Shown: positions 1 to 9,143 of the stretch, piece by piece
How positions within the stretch are numbered: position 1 is the first letter of the stretch
How the letters are laid out: the number at the start of each line of letters is the position of its first letter
DNA from: an uncultured bacterium
GTDB taxonomy: Bacteria; SAR324; NAC60-12
Length of the DNA: 48,076 nucleotides
Assembly: GCA_965662845.1 (NCBI GenBank)
Contig: CBFIJD010000018.1
Coordinates: 8,073 to 56,148 of the forward strand
Reading direction: 5' to 3'
The notes under the pieces: model-generated
Databases searched by the model: none
Seen by the model: the letters and a program-made list of their open reading frames with translations, nothing else
Told to the model about the DNA's origin: nothing
Made by a program: the position numbers and the translations under genes

Positions 1-201
1 GTCATTTCCCGATGCGCGTCTCTAAACAGCAGAGGCATAGTGAGTAGCCACAAGCAACGAGGATTGGCTCCTCTGTCCAGCGTCTGATTCTTCTCTAACA
101 GAGGATCGATCTCGCCAAAGTGGAGAGCCTCAGGCACCGCTGCGAGAAAGAACGGCCCCGTTCCGCTGGGCAGTTTGCTCTTCCAAATGAGGACAACATC
201 T

Positions 202-424
202 ATTCACAGACATCCTCTTCGCGCTTTGCCGTCATCCACAGGAGCGCCGAAGTATGTGGTGCCAGATAGCTAAAACGAGGTGCAGGGAAAACCACTTGAA
301 GCGGGTTCTCTCAACTTTGATTCACAGACACCCTCTTCGCGCTTTGCCGTCATGCAGAGCGTCGAAGTCTGTGGTGTCAGATAGCTAGAACGAGGTGCAG
401 GGAAAACCACCTGAAGCGGGTTCT
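202..424. repeat. Two-copy tandem repeat (period 115-118 bp) upstream of flagellin 1
   Basis: attcacagaca(t/c)cctcttcgcgctttgccgtcat...gaggtgcagggaaaaccac(t/c)tgaagcgggttct occurs at 202-309 and 320-424, with a 3-nt indel. Confidence 0.9.
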
Positions 425-765
425 TCCAAAGACACGACTCCACAAAGCGTCGAGTGCTAGAGAAGTGAAAACTGTATGAGGCCGCCACAGCGTCCATAAA
501 ATTAGACAGCGGAGGCGCGAAGAGCACCCGTTTGCCGTGAGCTGGCTTTGGCCAGAGGGAACCCTGTTCGTAGAGAGCGGAATTGCTGAGATCGCTCTCT
601 CTCAAGTCCGTGACAACTCCTCTGCGCATGACGAGCACTCCGGCGCCAAAAAGTGAGACGCAGGCATCAGCTGCATCAAACTGCAAGAGTATAGGTTCCA
701 GGGCCTGTACTCATGCAGTTTGATGGAGTGGTCTATCTGAGAACCACAAGAATCATCAGTAATTT

Positions 766-792
766 TTCGATAATGAAAATAATCGAAATTAT
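766..792. promoter_or_regulatory. Dyad motif upstream of flagellin 1, shared with flagellin 3
   Basis: TTCGATAATGAAAATAATCGAAATTAT; 22/27 identical to 6006-6032. Confidence 0.55.
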
Positions 793-959
793 TTTGTAAT
801 GCCATATTTCGGTGTTCCAGATCATCTGGCAGCAATGGACTCATGGAAGATGAAGGGCTGCAACTGGGAAGACTACCCCGCCCAGTCAAAGGACGCTTGG
901 AAAAGTCCAACAAAGTTACTCAACTGCATTGACCCAAACATTTAGAAACGGAGATCTAT

Positions 960-2396
960 ATGTCCCTTCGCGTAAACAACAACATCACCGCCATTACTGC
1001 TCACCGTAATCTTCAGCAGGTGAGCGCCGACACATCCAAAAATTTGCAGCGTCTTGCATCCGGCCTGAAAGTGAATCAAGCGGCAGATGGTCCTGCGACC
1101 TTGGTTGTGTCGGAACAAATTCGAGCTCAAATCGCTGGCGTTGACCAAGCGATCGAAAACACGGAGAGCAGCATCTCCATGGTTCAAGTTGCAGAGGCTT
1201 CCCTGGGTGAAGTGAACAAGCTGCTGACCGGGATGCGACAGCTCGCGGTGCACGCTTCGAACGCTGGTGTGAATGATTCTGCGATGTTAGATGCTGACCA
1301 GGCTGAGTTTGAGAACGCGCTCAAGTCCATCGACCGGATTGCTGGCAATACGCAATTTGGCACAAAGAAGTTGCTCGACGGGAGCACAGGCGCCAGCGGT
1401 GTGGCCAATGGTGACAACCTACAATTTGTATCAGCGAGTGTCGCGACCAAGGGCTCTCCTGTCGGAGGCTACCGTGTAGATATTCAGCAGGCCGCCACCA
1501 AAGCGAATCTGAAAGGGAGCGTCGCGTTGACCCAAGAAATGGTGAACGCCGGGGAAACGCTCACGATTACTGAGGGCGGTCGCAGCGTGCAATTCAAAAC
1601 GACGGAAGGAGACACCGTCGAGAGCACGTTCAACAAACTACAGCAACGCATCGATGAAGCCGGCATGAACGTCGAGGTGGAGAGCGAGGGCGGCGTTTTC
1701 AAGCTGGAGCACCGCGAGTATGGCAGCGCTCACTCCTTCACTGCGAGCAGCTCGACCGCAGGCATCCTCTCGCCACAGGCAAATGTCTTCGTGGAGTCAA
1801 ACCAAGGGAGCGATGTGCGAGGTTTGATCAACGGTGAAGAGGCAATTGGCCAAGGGCAACTCTTGACGGGCCGCAAGGAAAACCAGAACACCGCAGAGCT
1901 GGCGGTTCGCTACACAGGAGAGGCGGCAACGCCCACTTTTGCTGGGACGATTACAGTCACCCAAAACTCGCTGAACTATCAAATCGGCGGGAACCAAGGC
2001 CAAACAGCAGCGGTGAGCTTGCGCAATATGTCCTCAAACGCATTGGGGACTGGTGTGGCGAATGAGAGCGACTTCGGCTCTCTACGAGACGTCGATCTGC
2101 GCAATCTACAGGGGGCTCAAGACGCACTGCTCATCATTGATCAGGCGATCTCACAGACGTCAACCACACGCGCAGACCTCGGAGCGTTCCAGAAGAACAC
2201 GTTAGAGACCAATCTGAACTCCCTGCGGGTCTCTTCTGAAAATCTGACGGCCTCAGAGTCTGTGATCCGCGACGCAGACATGGCGAAGGAGATGGCAAGC
2301 TTCACGCGCAACCAAATCCTAACGCAATCTGCGACAGCGATGCTGGCACAAGCGAACTCTCAGCAGCGCAACGTTTTGTCTTTGTTACAAGGCTAA
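960..2396 (+). CDS. fliC: Flagellin (paralog 1)
   Basis: N-terminus MSLRVNNN...RLASGLKVNQAADG; C-terminus ESVIRDADMAKEMASFTRNQILTQSATAMLAQAN; RBS GGAG. Confidence 0.97.
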   Translation: MSLRVNNNITAITAHRNLQQVSADTSKNLQRLASGLKVNQAADGPATLVVSEQIRAQIAGVDQAIENTESSISMVQVAEASLGEVNKLLTGMRQLAVHASNAGVNDSAMLDADQAEFENALKSIDRIAGNTQFGTKKLLDGSTGASGVANGDNLQFVSASVATKGSPVGGYRVDIQQAATKANLKGSVALTQEMVNAGETLTITEGGRSVQFKTTEGDTVESTFNKLQQRIDEAGMNVEVESEGGVFKLEHREYGSAHSFTASSSTAGILSPQANVFVESNQGSDVRGLINGEEAIGQGQLLTGRKENQNTAELAVRYTGEAATPTFAGTITVTQNSLNYQIGGNQGQTAAVSLRNMSSNALGTGVANESDFGSLRDVDLRNLQGAQDALLIIDQAISQTSTTRADLGAFQKNTLETNLNSLRVSSENLTASESVIRDADMAKEMASFTRNQILTQSATAMLAQANSQQRNVLSLLQG

Positions 2397-2409
2397 GGTC
2401 CTAGCACTC

Positions 2410-2433
2410 TTGGAGGAGGTGACACTCCTCCAA
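2410..2433 (+). terminator. Stem-loop after flagellin 1
   Basis: TTGGAGGAG-gtgaca-CTCCTCCAA, perfect 9-bp stem; no U-tract on the + strand. Confidence 0.5.
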
Positions 2434-3330
2434 AACAGGGATGATGAGGTAGAGCCGATGTTGATCTGCTGTGCTGCATGATTCCGCTCTTTGAAAGCAA
2501 ACGCAGCGATTTTGTTCGTCACCACAAAGAACTGATCCCAGTTCTCTGTGCGAGGCGAAGTTCGACAAATCGAGGGCTGAGCGGAGACGGCCAAAGCATG
2601 ACGTGGTTTGATCTCAGTCAAACCACGCCTCGCTCGGCTGAAGAACGCCTCCAACTCAGTCCAGACAAGCTTGTTCGACAGAAGTAGGCCGAGGCACCAA
2701 ATCACCGACTACAAAGTCTCTGACCGAAGCTGTTGGTGGGGCTCAGAGCTTTGTGCTAGGCGCTAGGGGGCTCTGCTGTCTTCAGACGACAAGTCGTGAG
2801 CCGCAAGGTTTGTCGAACCGAAATGGGCTGCTTTGAGCTGCGACCGTGAGCGCCACGTCAAGCCTTGTCCACGCGAGAATCTAGTCCGCGTCAACACGAG
2901 GAAAACTCGCTGATGGACAGGGACAAAGCAAGACCAGCAGCGACTCTGGGGTCGGTTTAGAGATCGCAAAATATTGAGATCGGTCTTGTTTTGTGGTGGC
3001 CGCGTGCGGCTCTCTGAGCGCTCCTCGAGAGATTGTTCGAGAGATTTTTGGGAGAGCCCTCTTCACTCGAAGGCGTGGCCTTCAAACGGAATGAACGCCA
3101 TCGCTCGACAAAATCCACCCGGGCGAGCTGCTCCTGCGTCCGCCGAGAGACCAGAGGTCGCTGACGTTTGCGTTTGATTGAAGCGAATAGATCTTTTGCG
3201 GAAGTCTCTCGATAGAAGTTTTTCTGAAAAATCATGTTTTCATGATCATCTCTGTTCTTACAGATTTGTGAATTTTCCCTCGCTCTGGAAGGAGCGGTTT
3301 TCCAAATTTCGTCAAAAGTTGACGACTTAC

Positions 3331-3380
3331 GATTCCATGGAGGGAATCGAAATTACTAAAATTACTCAATATACAAGGAG
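3331..3380 (+). promoter_or_regulatory. CsrA/RsmA-type sites in flagellin 2 leader
   Basis: GATTCC-ATGGAG-GGAATC hairpin (3331-3348) and CAAGGAG overlapping the RBS (3374-3380). Confidence 0.7.
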
Positions 3381-3385
3381 TTAGT

Positions 3386-4816
3386 ATGAGTTTGCGCATT
3401 AACAATAACGTTGAAGCCCTGAACGCCCACCGCTATTTGGCACAAAACGATAAGATGCTCTCCAAATCATTGGAGAAGTTATCTTCTGGACAGAAGATCA
3501 ATGTGGCCGCTGACGGTCCAGCCGCGCTGGTGATCTCTGAGAACATGCGAGCCCAAATCGGTGGTTTGCAGCAGGCCGTCAATAACAACGAGAACGCGGT
3601 TTCCCTAGTGCAAACGGCGGAAGGCGCCCTGAATGAGGTGTCAAAATTGTTGATTGATGTACGCCAGCGAGCGATCGCTGCCGCTAACGTCGGTGTGAAC
3701 GACGAGGCGATGGTTGAAGCTTCGCAGGAAGAGATAGAGAACGCGCTGAGCGCGATCGACCGCATTGCTTTGAATACTCAATTTGGTCGACAGAAGCTGT
3801 TGGACGGGAGCCGCTCTGCGAGTGGGAACACCGTTGGCGCGAACTTGGAGTTCGTCGGTGTCAGCGCAGACACGCAGGATTCAGGCTCAGAGGGATACGC
3901 TGTACGTGTGACCCAAGCCGCGACCCAAGCGACAGACACCTCCGCGACGGCTCTCACTCAAGAGATGGTCAACGCGGGGGAAACCTTGCGCATTCGTGAA
4001 GGCTCTCGCGAAGCCATTTACACCACGAAAGAGGGCGAGACTGTCGAAGGTGCCATCAAAGGTCTGGCAGCTCGCGTTGAGCAAGCCGGTCTGAATGTCT
4101 CAGTAGAGAGCGTAGAAGGCGGCAAGCTCAAAGTAACCCACAAGGACTACGGCAGCGAAGCGAGCTTTGAGGTCCAGACAGACAGCAACTTGTTCGCAGA
4201 AGAGACCAAGCCCATCCAAAATGGACAGGACGTACAAGGATCGATCAACGGAGAGAGCGTACAAGGCGAAGGTCAGTTGATGATTGGACGTCGTGGAAGC
4301 CAAACCACCGACGGGCTAGTGATCAAATTTACGGGATCTCAAGTCCCTGATGGCAACATCGCGGGGTCTGTCAACGTAAAAGGCGGCCTGAAATTCCAAG
4401 TGGGCGCGAACAAGGGACAGCTCGTGGGCGTGAACCTGCGCGATATGTCCACGACCCAGCTGGCTCGCAACGTCGCCAATGACAGCGGATTTCAGAGTCT
4501 TGCAGATGTCGATGTCCGCACCGGAGATGGGGCACAGGACGCCCTTGACGTGATCGACAAGGCGATCCAAGAGGTCTCCTCCACCCGTGGGGAGCTGGGC
4601 GCGTTCCAAAAGAACACACTGGAGACGAACCTCTCCAGCTTGCGGATCGCCACGGAAAACATGACCGCCGCTGAGTCGAGTATCCGTGACGCCGACATGG
4701 CGTTGGAGTTGGCTGCTTTCACCCGCAACCAGATCATGACGCAGTCTGCGACAGCCCAGTTGGCTCAGGCGAACGCTCTGCCGCAAAACGTACTGCGCTT
4801 GCTGGCCTCTCAGTAA
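3386..4816 (+). CDS. fliC: Flagellin (paralog 2)
   Basis: Flagellin N- and C-terminal helical domains (SLEKLSSGQKINVAADG; AESSIRDADMA...LAQANALPQNVLRLL). Confidence 0.97.
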   Translation: MSLRINNNVEALNAHRYLAQNDKMLSKSLEKLSSGQKINVAADGPAALVISENMRAQIGGLQQAVNNNENAVSLVQTAEGALNEVSKLLIDVRQRAIAAANVGVNDEAMVEASQEEIENALSAIDRIALNTQFGRQKLLDGSRSASGNTVGANLEFVGVSADTQDSGSEGYAVRVTQAATQATDTSATALTQEMVNAGETLRIREGSREAIYTTKEGETVEGAIKGLAARVEQAGLNVSVESVEGGKLKVTHKDYGSEASFEVQTDSNLFAEETKPIQNGQDVQGSINGESVQGEGQLMIGRRGSQTTDGLVIKFTGSQVPDGNIAGSVNVKGGLKFQVGANKGQLVGVNLRDMSTTQLARNVANDSGFQSLADVDVRTGDGAQDALDVIDKAIQEVSSTRGELGAFQKNTLETNLSSLRIATENMTAAESSIRDADMALELAAFTRNQIMTQSATAQLAQANALPQNVLRLLASQ

Positions 4817-4836
4817 TCTTTCGTGAAGGTTTGGTG

Positions 4837-4865
4837 TTCCTCACGTCTGTCACAGGCGTGGGGAA
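4837..4865 (+). terminator. Stem-loop after flagellin 2
   Basis: ttcctcacgtctg / caggcgtggggaa inverted repeat with G-U pairs. Confidence 0.5.
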
Positions 4866-5045
4866 ACCCAACTGGCGGACTCTCGCGAGACCTTACCAAA
4901 GTGAGCTCTCACCAGAGTCACGTAAGTGACCGAAGTGAAGAGAAGAAAAACCAGCTCTTGGACATCTGTTGCCGCTGACTGGCAAACGCCTTTAGACGCC
5001 CGCTTAGATCAAGCAAAGCTCTCTCAAGAGGCCAGAGTTAGATAG

Positions 5046-5266
5046 AAAACGCGGGCTCTGTCCGTGCTGACGTCTGTATGCCTCCATGTCTCCGAGAGGC
5101 TAGCGTGAACGCGGCGTTGCAAGCCGAGAAGAGTCTCGCGCGCTGAGCCCAGCAAAAAACGTGGGCTCTGTCCGTGCTGACGTCTGTATGCCTCCATGTC
5201 TCCGAGAGGCTAGCGTGAACGCGGCGTTGCAAGCCGAGAAGAGTCTCGCGCGCCGAGCCCAGCAAA
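5046..5266. repeat. Two-copy 110-bp tandem repeat
   Basis: aaaacg(c/t)gggctctgtccgtgctgacg...cgcgc(t/c)gagcccagcaaa at 5046 and 5156; two substitutions seen. Confidence 0.95.
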
Positions 5267-5368
5267 CCAGCCTAGCGATTGTCGAACCGCAGTCCGGCTG
5301 TGCCCGCGGAGTGGCAACGACTCCGAGACCGTCAAACCTGTTCCAGTGAACTAGACGTAAACAGCAGC

Positions 5369-5649
5369 GCGGCTTTCTTGATGTTCGACGGATTTTTCGC
5401 GTCCCGCGCTTGGATCTCAGGATCAAGTGGGGGCGTAGGCGCAAAGGAGATTCGCGGCGTCGGAGGTCTCAAGCTACAAGCTGAGAACAGAGGTTTTTGT
5501 TCCAATAAGATCTTCGAAGGTGCGGCTCTTTGGATGTTCGACGGATTTTCCACGTCCCGCGCTTGGATCTCAGGATCAAGTGAAGGCGTAGGCGCAAAGG
5601 AAGTGCGCGGCGTTGGAGGCCTCAAGCCACAAGCTGAGAACAGAGGTTT
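5369..5649. repeat. Two-copy repeat (~128-bp unit, 153-bp period)
   Basis: gcggct...gatgttcgacggatttt...cttggatctcaggatcaagtg...gctgagaacagaggttt at 5369-5496 and 5522-5649. Confidence 0.92.
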
Positions 5650-6005
5650 GGGTTTGCGAAGAGGTCGGGCTCTCTGAACGCAAACGAGCCTCCGGCCGCG
5701 ACATCTGCCCTCGCTTGAGCACGAGAATAGCGCTCTGGGCGCCCGTCGAATCAAGCCTGGAGCTTTTCGCAGAGGAGCACTCTGACGTCGCGTTGCTCTC
5801 AAGGACCACGAAAATCAAGCGTGACGCGCAAGGAGACAGGCAGAGAGAGCTGGGCAGCCCTAAGCTCCGCTGGGAGCTGGAGCGCAGGCTTGAAGAGAAA
5901 GATTTGATTTCGTACACAACTCACTCTGAACCACGGGGAGTTTACCGTTTTAGAGAGATGTATTTGCCCTTGGCTCTCCGAGGTCGACTAGATCTTTTGC
6001 TAAAA

Positions 6006-6032
6006 TTAGATAATGGAAGTTATCTAAATTAT
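6006..6032. promoter_or_regulatory. Palindromic operator-like motif upstream of flagellin 3
   Basis: TTAGATAA-tggaag-TTATCTAA, perfect 8-6-8 dyad. Confidence 0.6.
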
Positions 6033-6080
6033 CGCTTTGCTACCTGAGAGATCGGGAAACAAACGCAGCCTTTTGATGTC

Positions 6081-6207
6081 GTCTGTCATGGAGGACGGGC
6101 GGGTCAGATTCACCCAATCTGACTACGAAGCGTTTCATGGAGGAGACCTTCGGACTTTCATGGATGGAAGTTTATAAAGTAATTTTGATTATTCAATATA
6201 CAAGGAG
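6081..6207 (+). promoter_or_regulatory. Array of CsrA-type GGA hairpins in flagellin 3 leader
   Basis: GTCTGTC-ATGGAG-GACGGGC, GTTTC-ATGGAG-GAGAC, ACTTTC-ATGGAT-GGAAGT, then CAAGGAG at the RBS. Confidence 0.75.
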
Positions 6208-6212
6208 TTAGT

Positions 6213-7640
6213 ATGAGTTTGCGCATTAACAACAACACCGAAGCCCTGAATGCACACCGCTACTTGGCACAGAATGACAAGATGCTCTCCAAGTCTTTGG
6301 AGAAACTGTCTTCTGGTCAGAGAATCAATGTAGCCGCCGATGGGCCAGCAGCGCTGGTGATTTCAGAGAACATGCGAGCCCAGATTGGTGGTTTGCAGCA
6401 AGCAGTGAACAACAACGAGAACGCGGTCTCCTTGGTGCAAACGGCGGAAGGCGCGCTGAACGAAGTCTCTCAGCTGTTGGTGGACGTTCGACAGCGTGCG
6501 ATCGCCGCGGCAAACGTTGGGGTTAATGACGAAGCGATGGTGCAGGCGTCACAGGAAGAGATTGAAAATGCGCTTGGCGCGATTGACCGCATCGCCTTGA
6601 ATACTCAATTTGGTCGACAGAAGCTGCTGGACGGCAGCCGCTCAGCCAGCGGGAACGCAGTAGGCCAAAATCTGGAATTTGTGAGCGTGAGCGCCGAAGC
6701 TCAGGAGTCAGGCCCCAATGGCTATGCGGTGCGCGTGACGCAAGCGGCGACTCAGTCAACGATCACCTCTTCCGGGGCCCTGACGGCAGAAATGATCCAA
6801 AATGGTGAAACCTTGCGCATTCGCGAAGGCTCTCGCGAAGCTATTTACACCACGAAAGAGGGTGAGACTGTCGAAGGAGCGATCAAAGGTCTGGCGGCTC
6901 GCGTTGAGCAAGCCGGTCTGAACGTGGAGGTCAAAAACGAGGATGGGAAGATCAAGGTGACGCACAATGACTATGGCAGCGAAGCGAGCTTTGAAGTGCA
7001 GACAGACAGCAATCTGTTCGCTGCGGAAACGACTCCCATTCGCAATGGTCAAGACGTGCAAGGCTCAATCAACGGAGAAAGTGTCGAAGGCAAAGGCCAG
7101 CTGATGATCGGCCGCCGTGGAAGCCAGACCATTGACGGCCTCGTTGTGAAATTCACAGGTGACGCTGTTCCGGCAGGCAGCATGGCGGGCACTGTGAATG
7201 TGAAAGGTGGCCTGAAGTTTCAGGTGGGCGCAAATAAAGATCAGCTCGTCGGCGTAAATCTGCGTGATATGTCTACGACGCAGCTCGCGCGCAATGTCAA
7301 GAATGAGAGCGGGTTCCAAAGCTTAGCAGACATTGACGTGCGTACCGGTGGCGGCGCACAAGACGCGCTAGACGTGATCGACAAGGCGATCCAAGAGGTC
7401 TCTTCTACCCGTGGGGAGCTGGGTGCGTTCCAAAAGAATACACTAGAGACCAACCTCTCCAGTTTGCGGATTGCGACGGAAAACATGACCGCCGCCGAGT
7501 CGAGCATCCGCGACGCAGACATGGCGCTGGAGCTGGCCGCGTTCACCCGCAACCAGATCATGACACAGTCTGCGACAGCTCAGTTGGCTCAGGCAAATGC
7601 GCTTCCGCAAAACGTTCTTCGTTTGCTCGCTTCTCAGTAA
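6213..7640 (+). CDS. fliC: Flagellin (paralog 3, close paralog of 2)
   Basis: Flagellin terminal domains; C-terminal ~95 aa identical to paralog 2. Confidence 0.97.
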   Translation: MSLRINNNTEALNAHRYLAQNDKMLSKSLEKLSSGQRINVAADGPAALVISENMRAQIGGLQQAVNNNENAVSLVQTAEGALNEVSQLLVDVRQRAIAAANVGVNDEAMVQASQEEIENALGAIDRIALNTQFGRQKLLDGSRSASGNAVGQNLEFVSVSAEAQESGPNGYAVRVTQAATQSTITSSGALTAEMIQNGETLRIREGSREAIYTTKEGETVEGAIKGLAARVEQAGLNVEVKNEDGKIKVTHNDYGSEASFEVQTDSNLFAAETTPIRNGQDVQGSINGESVEGKGQLMIGRRGSQTIDGLVVKFTGDAVPAGSMAGTVNVKGGLKFQVGANKDQLVGVNLRDMSTTQLARNVKNESGFQSLADIDVRTGGGAQDALDVIDKAIQEVSSTRGELGAFQKNTLETNLSSLRIATENMTAAESSIRDADMALELAAFTRNQIMTQSATAQLAQANALPQNVLRLLASQ

Positions 7641-7650
7641 TGGGATGGTT

Positions 7651-7668
7651 TCCCGACTTCGGTCGGGA
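7651..7668 (+). terminator. UUCG-tetraloop hairpin between flagellins 3 and 4
   Basis: TCCCGAC-TTCG-GTCGGGA; no U-tract. Confidence 0.5.
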
Positions 7669-7711
7669 GAGCCTCATTGCTAAATCATGACGAACGAAAA
7701 CAAGGAGGTGT

Positions 7712-9142
7712 ATGAGCGTTCGCACCAATACAGACGTAGCGGCGAGCCCGACTCTGCGTAATTTGACGGAAGCTTACCGCTCTGTTGGAGATTCTCTGGA
7801 GCGTCTCGCTTCGGGGCAAAAGGTGAATCGCGCCGCCGACAACCCGGCGAGTTTGGTTGTGTCTGAGACCTTCCGTGCTCAGATCGCCAGTTTGGATCAG
7901 GCCTTGGCCAACACCGAGGTCGCAGCATCGGTTGTACACACAGCAGAGGGGGCGCTTGGGGAAATCAGCGGTATTCTGATCAACTTACGCCAACTTGCTG
8001 TCGCTGCTGGGAACACCAGCGTGTATGACGAAAACGCGCTAGCGGCGCTGCAGAGGGAATTGCAGCTGGGGCTAGAAGCGATTGACCGTGTCGCGATGTA
8101 CACCAGTTTTGGCCGTATTCGACTACTCGATGGCAGCCAGAGTGCCTCAGGCATCACCACAGGAGACGCCTTAGAGTTTGTGGGAGCTACGATGCGGACT
8201 CAGCCATCACCAGTGCGAGGATATGAAGTTAATGTGTCCCGTGCGGCGAAGAGGGCAGAAGCTACCGCAGAAATAGATGATTCTGATGCTGCAGAGCTGA
8301 CCTTAGTTTTGGAAGAACTAGGGGGATCTAGCGTGCGCATCACAGGACGCGAAGATGAGAAAGCCCAAAGCTATGTGGCGCGTCTACAAGAGGCTGTTCG
8401 AGAAGCGGGCATGCGCTTGGATGTGAATTACAATCAAGACAGTGAAGAACTCACGATCCGCCATCAAGAGTTCGGCAGCGCTCAAGGATTTCGAATCGGG
8501 AGCTCCGAAGAGGGTATCTTTGTCGAAGAGGATGATTCTGTGCAGACGTACCGAGGGAGCGATATTCGAGGTTCTATTGGAGGCGAGGGCGCCGTGGGAC
8601 GGGGAGCTGAGCTGCGCGGAGCAATGGACAACGCAAACACGAGCGGGCTGCGAGTTCGCTACACAGGGAGTGATCTGGGGATGGTGGGCAGAGTGAGCGT
8701 TGCACAAAATTCCCTCACCTTTCAGATTGGCACAGAGAAAGACCAACGGCTGAAAATTGCCATCGACAAAATGGACACGCAGCGACTGGCTCGCAGCTTC
8801 CCCAATCGCAGCGGCTACAGCAGTTTGGCCGATGTCCAAGTGCTGACGCAGCAGCAAGCGAGTGACACGATCGCCATGCTGGATAAAGCGATCAGCCAAG
8901 TGAACATGATGCGTGGGAACCTTGGCGCCATTCAGAAGGGGACGTTAGAAACGCAGGCCACGAACCTGCGAAATATGACAGAAAATCTACGTGCAGCAGA
9001 CTCCAGTATTCGAGACGCTGACCTAGCAGAACAGCTGACAGAGGTCACCAAGCAACAGATTATGGTAGACGCCGCTGCCGCTGCCGTCGCACAAGGAAAT
9101 GAACTCAAGGCAGACTCTATGTCACGCCTGCTACGCGGATAG
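7712..9142 (+). CDS. Divergent flagellin (paralog 4)
   Basis: SLERLASGQKVNRAADNPA and ADSSIRDADLAE motifs; RBS AAGGAGG. Confidence 0.92.
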   Translation: MSVRTNTDVAASPTLRNLTEAYRSVGDSLERLASGQKVNRAADNPASLVVSETFRAQIASLDQALANTEVAASVVHTAEGALGEISGILINLRQLAVAAGNTSVYDENALAALQRELQLGLEAIDRVAMYTSFGRIRLLDGSQSASGITTGDALEFVGATMRTQPSPVRGYEVNVSRAAKRAEATAEIDDSDAAELTLVLEELGGSSVRITGREDEKAQSYVARLQEAVREAGMRLDVNYNQDSEELTIRHQEFGSAQGFRIGSSEEGIFVEEDDSVQTYRGSDIRGSIGGEGAVGRGAELRGAMDNANTSGLRVRYTGSDLGMVGRVSVAQNSLTFQIGTEKDQRLKIAIDKMDTQRLARSFPNRSGYSSLADVQVLTQQQASDTIAMLDKAISQVNMMRGNLGAIQKGTLETQATNLRNMTENLRAADSSIRDADLAEQLTEVTKQQIMVDAAAAAVAQGNELKADSMSRLLRG

Positions 9143-9143
9143 T

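Noticed and set aside
747..773. Possible sigma28 promoter CAAG-N15-TTCGATAA
   Set aside because: Weak match that is not reproduced upstream of the other flagellins; better explained as part of the dyad motif
270..913. Minus-strand ORFs 270-686 and 602-913
   Set aside because: No recognisable motifs or RBS; they overlap a repeat and the flagellin promoter region
5046..5649. Repeats interpreted as a CRISPR array
   Set aside because: Only two copies each, units over 100 bp, no repeat-spacer pattern and no cas genes
5038..6047. Several 60-156 aa ORFs in the flagellin 2-3 spacer
   Set aside because: They arise from repeats on both strands with no family signature; 5613-6047 runs into the promoter dyad. 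Not called as CDS, though not strictly excluded
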